A stretch of DNA of 64,000 nucleotides from Podarcis tiliguerta (taxonomy: Eukaryota), in assembly GCA_965153285.1 (NCBI GenBank), contig OZ229110.1, one strand, 5' to 3'. A program made the position numbers and the translations under genes. Under the pieces are notes generated by a model that saw nothing but the letters and a program-made list of their open reading frames with translations, was not told where the DNA came from and did no database searches. Shown here piece after piece: positions 51,791 through 62,593 of this stretch; position 1 is the first letter of the stretch; each line of letters begins with the position of its first letter.

Positions 51791-52956
51791 ATCCAGAAAC
51801 CTCAGCAATATGCAAGGGGGTTGTGGCAGATGTATAAAGATCCAGCAAGAAAAGGTTTTCCTGAAGGAGGGAAATCTGGAATCTACAGGTATATGGAAGT
51901 CTGGAATCCTACCCCTCTGAAGCAAGACAGGACTGTCAAACCATCAGATCAAGCCACCAGTTCAGTTTGTGATCAACACCACAGTGACCACATACAGAAA
52001 ATGCAGACAGCTTGGGTTGATCCATAAGGGAAGAGAAACTACAAGATATTATCCATTAATCTATTATTTCCAAATAACTTCAACTATATGTTGTTCTTTG
52101 CTCCCAAAGCAGTTTCAGGAAGAATGTTTTAGTCTAATAACATTGCTAATTTTTAGAGACTTCATTTTTGTTTCCAGCCTAAATTGGTTTAATATCCACA
52201 TACACAGCACAGTGTATTAGTGATGGCTGACATTCTTCAGTTCAGAAGGGATCCAATAATTTCTAAACTAATTGTTAGGGTCTGTTTTGAATCAAGCTCC
52301 CTGTGATGCTCTCAACACACATCCCAAAACATAAAAGGGCAAACCCAGCAATCAATGTTACTAATGCAAATTATGAAAAAGCCACAACCAAACTGAACAA
52401 CACATTTGCCAGCATGAAAGTGCTCCTGTAGCTCACATGATGCTCTTTACTACAACATTACAAGCCTGTTCTGGTACCTTGCACTGCATAGGAGAGCTCA
52501 AAAAGCGGTAATTCTTTGGGATTTGAGGTCCTTGCAAACTTCCAACTTCTGACATCCACATTTTTACTGCAAATTATCCCAAGTACAAGGACCAACAAAT
52601 GCTGACCTGTCTTACTTCTGAAAGGGTGAAACACAAATATTTTAAGGCCACCAGTTAGTTTAGAAAGACAACCTATACTAACCTAAGAAGAAAAATCACT
52701 CACACCTGCTAACACAGTTCCAATTTTGACAAAGGAGGTTAATTAACACATACCTCTGCCACATTAAAGCCAATGTAACTAAATGACTATATTAAAAATA
52801 AGATTTCTTCTTATAATGTAAGAAAATGATTTACAGGGAATATTAAATTAAAGCAGAGTTATAAATCCAGATATACCTTTTATTTCACAAATGGTCTTCT
52901 TCCTTGTCCTGTAAGGTTGCTCTAAAATTGAAAAGCTTTACTTATTTTGAAGGTGT

Positions 52957-53119
52957 CTAAACAGTGTTTCCGTGCGCTGCTCTGGTTCGCCAGAAGCGGC
53001 TTAGTCATGCTGGTCACATGACCCGGAAGCTGTACGTTGGCTCCCTCGGCCAATAAAGCCCCAGTGTTGGTCACGACTGGACCTAATGGTCAGGGGTCCG
53101 GTCCCTTTACCTTTACCTT
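52957..53119 (+). mobile_element. 5'-truncated Sauria SINE
   Basis: tttccgtgcgctgctctggttcgccagaagcggcttagtcatg... ending in ccctttacctttacctt. Confidence 0.9.
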
Positions 53120-53429
53120 AAACCAAGCTTTCATTCAAAAAAATTGATACCAGAGCAGAGTGCATAAAAATCAAATATCCATGCATTATTAAAACAAAAG
53201 AAAAATCAAACCAAAATGAAATCTGAAAACATAATACTGTAAATCAAAAACTACACAATCTGCTACAACTGTTTAAGCTGGAGGGACATGAACATCTTAA
53301 CCTGACAGTATCAGCCAACAGATGATCAGCTTTAAAAATTCTACCCAGTTTCTTGAACTGAACACCAAGAGCCAAAAATCTGCACATATCTTTCTATCTA
53401 AATTCTATTCTACTAAACATATTTGTGAC

Positions 53430-53590
53430 AGTGAACCCTGCTTGCCTTGGAAGACAAGTGTGTGGTATGCAAGGAACCTCTCTGAGCAGCCCATTCCATA
53501 AATGGGGTGCCACCACAAATGGAAGAGTGCGGGATGGAGTAATTGATTTCTGTAACCCTCATACTTGACTCAAACCTTAAGCAGCAGATG
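53430..53590 (-). mobile_element. L2 3' fragment
   Basis: Minus strand gtggtggcaccccatttatggaat...cagagaggtt resembles the L2 'APxLWNxLP' end. Confidence 0.45.
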
Positions 53591-54786
53591 CAAGGATCAT
53601 TCCATTGACTGAGAGGCATGTAATATGAAACAATTTCCTGCAATCTCTGCTGACTGATCTTCTGCCAAGTCCTAACCAAGAAACTTCAGATATTATGACT
53701 GGACGTGAGAACAGTGTTGTGCTTTCAGCATATTTAAAATAAAAGGTTAAGATATAATCATCTGACACCCAAGCCCTGGGGAACTAAGGATATATATTTA
53801 TAAGCACACTTCCTACCAATACACATACTTACCTCTAGCTGCTGATAGGCGTCTCTATCGGACAGAGCTGCATAAAAATCTCTCCTCCAGCATTTTGGAT
53901 TCAAATTTCAGTGCAGGGCACTTTGATTCACATCATAGCTATAGTTGCAAAAACCCTTTTAAATGTTAGAAGTGCAACATATTTGCTAATAATCCTGGCA
54001 CGGGTACTCAGATGACTTTTTATATCTTGGATGTATTTTAGGCAGCAGTGAATTTTAGACACTTACATCACTGTAATTGAAATACCAGTATAGCTGTGTG
54101 CATTTACGTCCAATTTTTGACTTGGCAAAGCAGTCTAGAATAGCTCTACAACCTTTACTGAGAATGTGACTGGGAAAAAGCACAAGCTGAGAAAACAGCC
54201 CTTTTGAGTACATATTTGTTTTCTAACCATGATTGGAGACTTGAAAAAGAAATGGGGAGAGGGGAATGAAGGATCCCTGATCTCTTGCATACAGCTTATT
54301 GAATGTTCCCCTATCTAGCTTTCATTCTGGCACCATCTATACAAAAACCACACTATCCAAGGGACACAAAATCCAGAACACACAGGGTTCTGCAGCCACA
54401 TATGGTATAAGCAGATATATAAGATAGTTGCCAAATGCCTCCTTAAACCAAGGTTACAGGTGCCAAAATGGAATGTCTAGTCGCCATTTTGGGGCCAGAT
54501 GGCTCAAAAGTCATATTTTTCAATATAACTTTTTGGCTCCTGAAATTTGTTCTGCAGATAAAATATCACAGATAGAATTCTAAAGCACGTATTGTTTGTG
54601 TGTGAAAACAGGCAAGATCCAAGGACCCCCAGACATGCACCTCCAGATGGTGGAGACATCAGGTGCCATCCTTGGTCACAAGTGGCAGATAGCTAGGTGC
54701 AGAATGCAATGGGTATGAGCTGTTCATGGGAACTGGGTCTAATGCCACGAAGAACTATTTCCAGTGAAGGAGTGGTTGTGGCAGAC

Positions 54787-55105
54787 AGTCTTGTGGCACC
54801 TTAAAATCAAACACATTTACAATGGTACCTTGGGTTACATACGCTTCAGGTTACATACGCTTCAGGTTACAGACTCCGCTAACCCAGAAATAGTGCTTCA
54901 GGTTAAGAACTTTGCTTCAGGATGAGAACAGAAATTGTGCTCCAGCGGTGCGGCAGCAGCAGGAGGCTCCATTAGCTAAAGTGGTGCTTCAGGTTAAGAA
55001 CAGTTTCAGGTTAAGTACGGACCTCCGGAACAAATTAAGTACTTAACTTGAGGTACCACTGTATTATGGCATAAGTGTTCATGGACTGCAGTCTACTTCC
55101 TCAAA
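54787..55105. mobile_element. Penelope-like fragment interrupted by a MITE
   Basis: agtcttgtggcaccttaaaatcaaacacatt|ta|ttatggcataag...ggactgcagtctacttc matches a reptile Penelope terminal motif (from recognition). Confidence 0.55.
54820..55061. mobile_element. Tc1/mariner MITE (cagtggtacc family), complete
   Basis: TIR caatggtaccttgggtta / taacttgaggtaccactg; TA TSDs; internal cttcaggtta repeats. Confidence 0.92.
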
Positions 55106-57090
55106 ACAATGGCATTCCACCACACATTGGCAGCAATTCAAAGTCTGGCCCGGAGGAGCTACAGGCTATATTTAGTATCACTATCTGCTTCAAAGACTGT
55201 CAGAACTGAGCTGCCATGGAGACTGAACACATATCTGTCTGAGTCAGGGTTCAGGTAGCTGTGGAAGAGCAGAGACGTATGCAGGAGAGCTTAAGTAACT
55301 GGGGTTTTCTTTGTTTTTGTTTTTTAACATGAACACCCCAACTTATCCAACAAGGAAATTACTCCTCACCCTCTTAGCAGTAGGACTGTTATCAATCTTC
55401 ATTCAGACAACCAAATCTTTCTTCTGCAGTATTTTAACACTAGGTATTAAGTATTCTAATACTCTTTTCAAAAGAGTTGAAAAGTCAGAGGATTCTTTAA
55501 ACAATGCAGTCAATTGCACAGATTAGAATTCCTGTTCTGTCTTCTTCGCTCTCTGCTTTCATCCTCTAATAGAAGTTATTAGGAAGTGAAAATAAAAGGA
55601 TGCCAATAGCATAAATCCACCTTGACTAAATGGTAAAATTAGATGTAATCTCTGCTGCACTGTTGTACATTATCTTTCTGCAGGCCTGGCATACACACAC
55701 TCTCTCTTTCCTATAGGCTACTTTACATATTACAAAGAAGTGATCAAGGAGGAAGCATAGGTCTGCCTTCCCTCCTACCAATGGGCCTTACTGATCTTCC
55801 TATACTGACATCTTGACCTGCAAAAGCCATCTAAGGCTCACAAATATCACTGTAACAGTCCTGAACCTCAACAATAGTGCTCCACAGATACTATAGGCAC
55901 AAAAGGGTGTGCCAGTGTTCATAACCTATCTACACCTAAACATCTAGAAGCGTACAAAATAAAGTGAATCACAAAGACTTTCCTATTCCAATTCCTGACA
56001 TATTCTGATTTATAGGAGAAACAATTTTGCCAAGTAGGAAAGTAACTTTGAAAGCCTTTAGGGACTTTTAGTACCATTCAGTTATTCAATGGATTGCCCC
56101 AAACAACAGATGAATAGATGATGCAAAGGCAGCAGGCTTTCCATTTTTACAAGAGCAGCAGGACCACCAGTTTGAGCAGACGGTGTTGAGATTGAACTTG
56201 ACGGAGAGCTTTTTTTTTTTAAGCAGCTAGCTGTCAGCCTAGGAATGCAACAGCTTTTTGGACAAAAATGTGATAAATTTGAAGGCAGTAGTGAAGCAAC
56301 AGTGATACATATGAACCACAATATTTTACACCAGATCAGCCTCACTTTTAATGCTTCCACATGTATTGTAAAAGTGAGTGCATCCAAAATATGGAATATG
56401 AAAGAAAATATAATAGAGAGCCAACCCCTAAGCATGATACTAATGTTAATTGCAAGCCAACAGTAAATACTTTGTAGTGTGAACCTCTGCCCAACATTAA
56501 TGTTTAGGCAACAAGCAAGGCAGACATCCTTCCAATGAAACAGTGGGGGTGTTTTTTATCTAAAATGAGCATGATCCAGGCAAAGAGCTATAACTGAGAA
56601 GAGCAATTCTGTGAAGATTATGGTGAGAGCTTGAACAAATGAGTCAGTAACCAATCAGACCCAACGTTTTGGCAGCATTATGCCTATTACACTAGCAAAA
56701 CAAGTGCATTCCAAGCAAGTTGTCACATTTTTGACAAGCTTGTAGGATTCTATATTAAATATCCTACTGCCAAACATTTATTAAGAGTGATTTGTAATTT
56801 GTAATTTGCCATTCTTCCATTTGAGGAGAACAGATGCTTTTTCTTTTCTTTTTTTGTGCTAAAGCCCAGACACCTGGATTTTGGAAAATTTCCTGAGCTT
56901 GCTAAATTATCAGCCAACCAGAAAGATTCACTGGAGCAAGTTACTTCCAAAAGCAAAACAAAAACAAAACCCCAATCCCACCCAAAATGGAAGAGAAAGG
57001 GAGTCACATCAACCATGTTTTGACTTTGCTGGTCTCAAAATTCTGAAAATTTCTACCAGTTTTGTTTAATGGTTTATTAAAAAGAATGTA

Positions 57091-57288
57091 CAGTGGTACT
57101 TCGGGTTACAGACACTTCAGGTTACAGACTCCACTAACCCAGAAATAGTACCTTGGGTTAAGAACTTTGCTTCAGGATGAGAACAGAAATCGTGCAGCGG
57201 CAGTGGGAGGCCCCATTAGCGAAAGTGGTACCTCAGGTTAAGAACGAACCTCCAGAACGAATTAAGTTCTTAACCCGAGGTACTACTG
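57091..57288. mobile_element. Tc1/mariner MITE (cagtggtacc family), complete
   Basis: TIR cagtggtacttcgggtta / taacccgaggtactactg; TA TSDs. Confidence 0.92.
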
Positions 57289-57420
57289 TATTCTATTTCC
57301 AACTTTTGTATGTTGCCAGAAAATTTGAATTATTTTTTTAAAAAGGAGGATGGCAAAATGCATTGACAGAAGAAAATACATGGGGATAGGAAACAAAGTA
57401 GAAAGGAAGGCAACAGGGTA

Positions 57421-58177
57421 CAGTGGTACCTCCGTATTTTTCGCCCCATAGGGCGCACCGGCCCATAGGACGCACCTAGTTTTTTGGGGGGGGAAATAAA
57501 GGGGAAAAAAATTATTTCTCCCCCAGGCGCGGGGCGGGGGCGGGGGATGCCCGAGCTTCCCCCGACCCCAGCCCCCAGAACAGGCTGCTATCCGCAAGCC
57601 TAGGGAGCCCGGCTGGAAGTCGCGCTGGTCTCCCCAGGCTTGTGGATATCTGTCCCCCAAGCTTGTGGGGCTGGCGGTGGGGAGAAGCACGCTTCTCCCC
57701 AGCGCCAGCCTCCAAACCAGGTCGGGGAACAGCGGGGTGGCGGCGCTGTGCAGCGCGCCCCAGGCTTCGGGGTGCAGGCTGCTATCCGCAAGCCTTGGGA
57801 GCCCGACGGGAACTCCCATGGAGCTCTCAAGGCTTGCGGATAGCTTCCTGAAGCCTGGAGAACGAGAGGGGTCGGTGCGCACCGACCCCTCTCGCTCTCC
57901 AGGCTTCAGTGAAAGCCTGCATTCGCCCCATTGGACGCACACACATTTCCCCTTCATTTTTGGAGGGGGAAAAGTGCGTCCTATAGGGCGAAAAATACGG
58001 TAATTCATTCTGGAGGTCCATTCTTAACCTGAGGTACCACTTTAGCTAATGGGGCCACCCCCACCACCGCATGATTTCTGTTCTCATCCTGAAGCAAAGT
58101 TCTTAACCTGAGGTACTATTTCTGGGTTAGTGGAGTCTGTAACCTGAAGTGTCTCTAACCCGAGGGAGGGACCACTG
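57421..58177. mobile_element. Tc1/mariner MITE (cagtggtacc family), inverted relative to 57091, with a nested insertion
   Basis: TA followed by cagtggtacct; resumes at 58001 (taattcattctggaggtcc) and ends accactg plus TA. Confidence 0.88.
57432..58000. mobile_element. GC/CpG-rich Tc1/mariner-superfamily (pogo/Tc2-like) non-autonomous element
   Basis: 27-bp TIR ccgtatttttcgccccatagggcgcac / gtgcgtcctatagggcgaaaaatacgg with 2 mismatches; TA on the right side only. Confidence 0.9.
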
Positions 58178-59210
58178 TAATTGGAAAAAGAATACAAAAC
58201 CTGACCATTTTTACAGGGCACCGTGGTACACCCCATCCATTGTACAAATTTAGAATTATATACACAGATTCATCTGCTTTCGGAGCATTATCCACAATCA
58301 GCTTTTTCTCCTTCCATTATAGGAAGGTCAGCTTGTGAGGTTTGATCTGGCTATCTTACTTTTTTGGTGCTTAGCGTAATGTCCATAATTGTAAAATACA
58401 GGTTTGGATAAGTATGAGTTTACAAATGATATATACTGTAAACTATCGCGGGGGAAAGCAGCTTGAAGGGTAATTTGACTTGAGGGAAAACGGCAGAAAT
58501 AAAATTTATAAGCCCTTCCTGTCCCCATTAGTTTTCTCCCAGCATCCCAAACTTATTTTCTTGGCTTTCATCCAAAATTCATTGTTACCATGTGCCTATT
58601 TAGAGCATCTGTGTGATTATCTGTTTGGAAAAAACAGTTATATTTTAGTTAACCCATGAATCGGTCCTCACTGTGGATCTGAATGCTATTTACTACTTGG
58701 ATATCACATCAAAGGAGGGGGGGAAGCATTTGTATGTGTAACCGGTCCAGCTGCACCCTCCAGATTTAACTAATGCAAAGCCAAACAAAATGTCTTGGTT
58801 CTATTTAGTAACTATAAACTCTACACAGTTACTTGATTATTGTTAGAATGATAATTGAAGGTAGATATCTATCTTGGCAAAATCAGATGCTAATGTCAAA
58901 ACTGGGTGTGTGTTGGGGGTGTTACTGTTAATGTATACTGTAGATTGCTTCAATTCAACAAACACAATAAAACCATCCATGCTAATCCTGAAAACAGAAA
59001 CAAAAGCATTTCATCAAATATAAAAGTAATCTTCCATAAATGAATGGTTGCACCACGGGGAATGCCTTCCTAAACAAAAATGTGTTCAGTGGCTGCCTAA
59101 ACATCATCATTCTGGATACCACTCTGATTTCGGCTGGCAGCAGATTCCAGGGAGCTGAAGCTGCAACTCTAAAAGCCTGGTTTCTAATTCAAGCTAAGTG
59201 AAACTCTGGT

Positions 59211-59945
59211 CAGGGGCGTAGGAAAGGGGGGCGGGGGCCTCCGCCCCAGGTGCCATCATGGAGGGGGGTGACAAATTATCAAGGAACAATTACTGCCCTA
59301 CTAGGGCAGTTCATAAAAAAACTTTTCTTGAAAATACCTTCTCCAAAGGTCTTATCTTACTACATTAGGGTTGATATAGCTACATATGAAATTTCATGCA
59401 TATCAGTTAATATCTTGACCCTTCTCCATGAAAATAGCTGTTTACTTGGCCGTCTTCCTATGTCACGAAGGCTGAAATTTCAACAAAGCACGTGCCTTTG
59501 CTAGACTCTTTTCGGACACCTGCTAAAAGCATTCTTCTTTAGGCAAGCATACCTAGATGCTTAGGAAATTGAAGTAATTTTAATCTTAATATTTTAGCTT
59601 TTGTATGTTTTAAAGTAGGATTGTTAATTTTTCTTGATTTTACTGCTGTGGTGTGTTTTTTGTGTGTGTGTTTTTTGGTAAACCACTATGCAGGTTTTTT
59701 AAAATAAATTTTATTAAATAAATATAAATAAAATAACACAAGCCAAAACACAATCCATCCTGTAGATTTAAGTATCTGTCCATAGTCGCCTACTTGTTAT
59801 CAGAGGCTCTGAATCCACATTCCTTTGTAAGAAAATATGAAATAACGTAAAACCATTTTTGCAGGCAAAAAAAAAATCAATGTGTGTGAGGGGGGTGACA
59901 AGAAATTTTTTGCACCGGGTACCACCTGACCTTCCTATGCCTCTG
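59211..59945. mobile_element. hAT non-autonomous element (735 bp) containing an L2-like 3' tail
   Basis: TIR caggggcgtaggaa / ttcctatgcctctg; 8-bp TSD actctggt / cctctggt; L2-like tail at about 59490-59740. Confidence 0.8.
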
Positions 59946-60060
59946 CCTCTGGTATATATGAAACTAAGCAATTGCTCTCAGGAAGTGGGCAGGGTGGTCC
60001 CTTAGAAAGGTGGGAGGAAAGCACATAACCATTTCTCTTGCCAGTGATTCACCCCAGTAA

Positions 60061-60279
60061 AGGTAAAGGGACCCCTCCATTCGTGGACGACTCTGGGGTT
60101 GTGGTGCTCATCTCACTTTATTGGCCGAGGGAGCCAGCATACAGCTTCCGGGTCATGTGGCCAGTATGACTAAGCCACTTCTGGCGAACCAGAGCAGCGC
60201 ACGGAAACGCCATTTACCTTCCCACCGGAGCGCTATCTATTTATCTACTTGCACTGCGTGCTTTCAAACTGCTAGGTAG
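60061..60279 (-). mobile_element. 5'-truncated Sauria SINE
   Basis: aaaggtaaaggg tail; body matches the 40213 copy; degenerate TSD ttcaccccagtaa / ttcactccaataa. Confidence 0.92.
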
Positions 60280-61451
60280 TTCACTCCAATAACTGCAACC
60301 CTGCAGTTCTTTTAAAAGTGGTTCCCCACACAAACTTAATACAGCTACAGGAAAAACATATATGCTATGACAGATAAACATAAATGTGGCTTGGACGTAA
60401 ACGATCTTCCACAGAATTGGGTTCCCAATTCCCACTTTTTCTGCAACCCGCTGTATCCCTCAAACATTTGTTCCTGGGGGTTATGAGACATTTGGGAATG
60501 GTGTGGGATAGTGTATGGGGAGGCTGGAGATGGAGCTGGCAGACATCATTCCCCGTCCTTTTTTGAATAGGGGAGCAACTAGGGACATCTTTTTTCCTTC
60601 ACTGAAAATAAAGTCACTTATAAAAATAATGAAACAGAGGATTTCAGAATCTGAATAAACTCTGGAAGTCCTTCTGAAGGTGGGCAGCCTGTTTTGCTAC
60701 TGAGGCTCTGGTGACACCTTGGCCTTGCGTCCACTAAATCAAGGTGCAACTGCCACAGACAACATGCAGCTGTCACCAGTGACTGATGCTGCTCTATTCC
60801 CCCTGAGGCAACCACAGAGCTTCACACAAGTTCTAAGGCTTAATGTTATCTAGCAGAGGCAGATGCACAGGTAATATGGAATGTATAATATATACTCATC
60901 AATGTTCAAAGGTTCACCTACTCTGCTGTCTCAGTCCTGGGAATTCTTACAAACATTTGTAATTCTTTTTGAAGTTCCTGCCAATATAAATATTTCAAGT
61001 AACATTTGACATATCTGTCCATGAAAGTAAGTATCAATCACTTTAGCCAATGATCTGGCATATTGATTAGCAAATGATCTGGCTTTCAGCAAGGTGTCAC
61101 AAGATCAATAGGAGAGAGACAGATGAAGACCACCTCTAGGCCTGCTCTAGCTGGGGGGGAAATGCTTCCCCTAGCATTGAGGAACCTTACCAAGTTGGCT
61201 GGGACTGGGTTGTGTTATGAAGGGGAAACTGCTATCTCTCCTGTCACCATATCCCACCTTACTCAGTAGTCCCTTGACCCTTGGGAAAGGAAGGAGTCTT
61301 GTGGAGCTGCCAGGGAGAGGGTTAGCTTCTGTTCACCCCTTTCCATGGGCAGATCTCTGGATCCAATCCACTGGGACAAAGGCAGCTGGCAGCATGTTGT
61401 ATGTTCTACTGATCAAATAGGCTTTACAGACTTTTAAAGCACTAAAAATAC

Positions 61452-62401
61452 TGTTATGAATTTGAGGTACTAGAGTCTATTAGTGAATTGTAGAAATTGT
61501 TAAAACAGCAGTATTTAGAAGGGAAAGTACAGTTCTCCTGGGTGTACAGTTCTCCTATGCAAACTACCATGGCTGGGCTGGTTGAATGTGGGTCATTATG
61601 AAACAACAGGCAGTGGTTATCACCTCAAGAGGAATCCCCGAGGGCTGTGTAAAAACAGAGATTACCAAGGTGATGGGGAGCATGCGAGGTGACAGGAAGG
61701 AGATTTGGGTTTTGGCAGGGTTTTCTGGGAAGAAAGAAGAAAGTAGGGAGGAAGGGCAGAACCATATTGGGAGTCTGGGAGAGAAGCACAGGAATGGTGT
61801 GCAGGATGCCTTGGACTGTGCTGCTGCAGAGAACAAGCCCTGCTTGAGATATAATTCTGTGGAACTATCTCCTTCTCCATGGAAGACTCTGGGTGTATAT
61901 ATACTGTAAGGTAAAGGTAAAGGGACTTTTGACCATTAGGTCCAGTCATGGCCAACTCTGGGGTTGCGGCGCTCATCTTGCTTTATTGGCCGAGGGAGCC
62001 GGAGTACAGCTTCCAGGTCATGTGGCCAGCATGACTAAGCCGCTTCTGCCGAACCAGAGCAGCACATGGAAACGCCGTTTACCTTCCCGCTAGAGCGGTA
62101 ACTATTTATCTACTTGCACTTTGATGTGCTTTCGAACTGCTAGGTTGGCAAGAGCAGGGACAGAGCAACAGGAGCTCACCCTGTCGCGGGGATTTGAACC
62201 GCCGACCTTCTGATCAGCAAGTCCTAGGCTCTGTGGTTTAACCCACAGCGCCACCCGCATCCCAGGTATACTGTAGGTGTAAAATAAAACATCTTAAAAC
62301 ACTACTACCTCTGCCATGTCTGAGTTCCCAATGGAAACATGACCCCAGTGAGTGCCTGGAACCTTGGTACTACTTGACAGAGATTGGAGTTGCGTGTGAC
62401 A
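61452..62401 (+). mobile_element. Putative solo LTR (TG...CA) interrupted by a Sauria SINE
   Basis: Starts tgtta and ends tgaca; 4-bp flanks atac / atat; AATAAA near 62283; similar to 28531-29180. Confidence 0.5.
61909..62263 (-). mobile_element. Full-length Sauria SINE
   Basis: (AAAGGT)n tail and tRNA head; TSD tatactgta at 61900-61908 and 62267-62275. Confidence 0.95.
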
Positions 62402-62411
62402 ATATCTACAA

Positions 62412-62593
62412 CAGGCATGTCCAAAGTCTGTTTCAGGGGCCTAATCCAGCCCACCGGTTGGTTTAATACGGCCCCTGTGGCAGTTTATTTCCTGGGGTAA
62501 AATCCTAAAAAAACGTTAACAGCTTTGGTCAGCCCTCACAGCCCTTCACTTCATCAAATCTGGCCCTCTTTGGGAAAAGTTTGGGCACCACTG
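62412..62593. mobile_element. hAT MITE
   Basis: TIR caggcatgtccaaa / tttgggcaccactg; perfect 8-bp TSD atctacaa at 62404-62411 and 62594-62601. Confidence 0.88.

Noticed and set aside
56082-56466. Protein-like ORFs around 56.1-56.4 kb
   Set aside because: All frames checked near the poly-T run gave no recognisable product or consistent splice sites.
57283-58008. 241-aa minus-strand ORF and several overlapping ORFs
   Set aside because: They span nested MITEs; high GC and palindromes deplete stop codons; no transposase (DDE/HTH) motifs.
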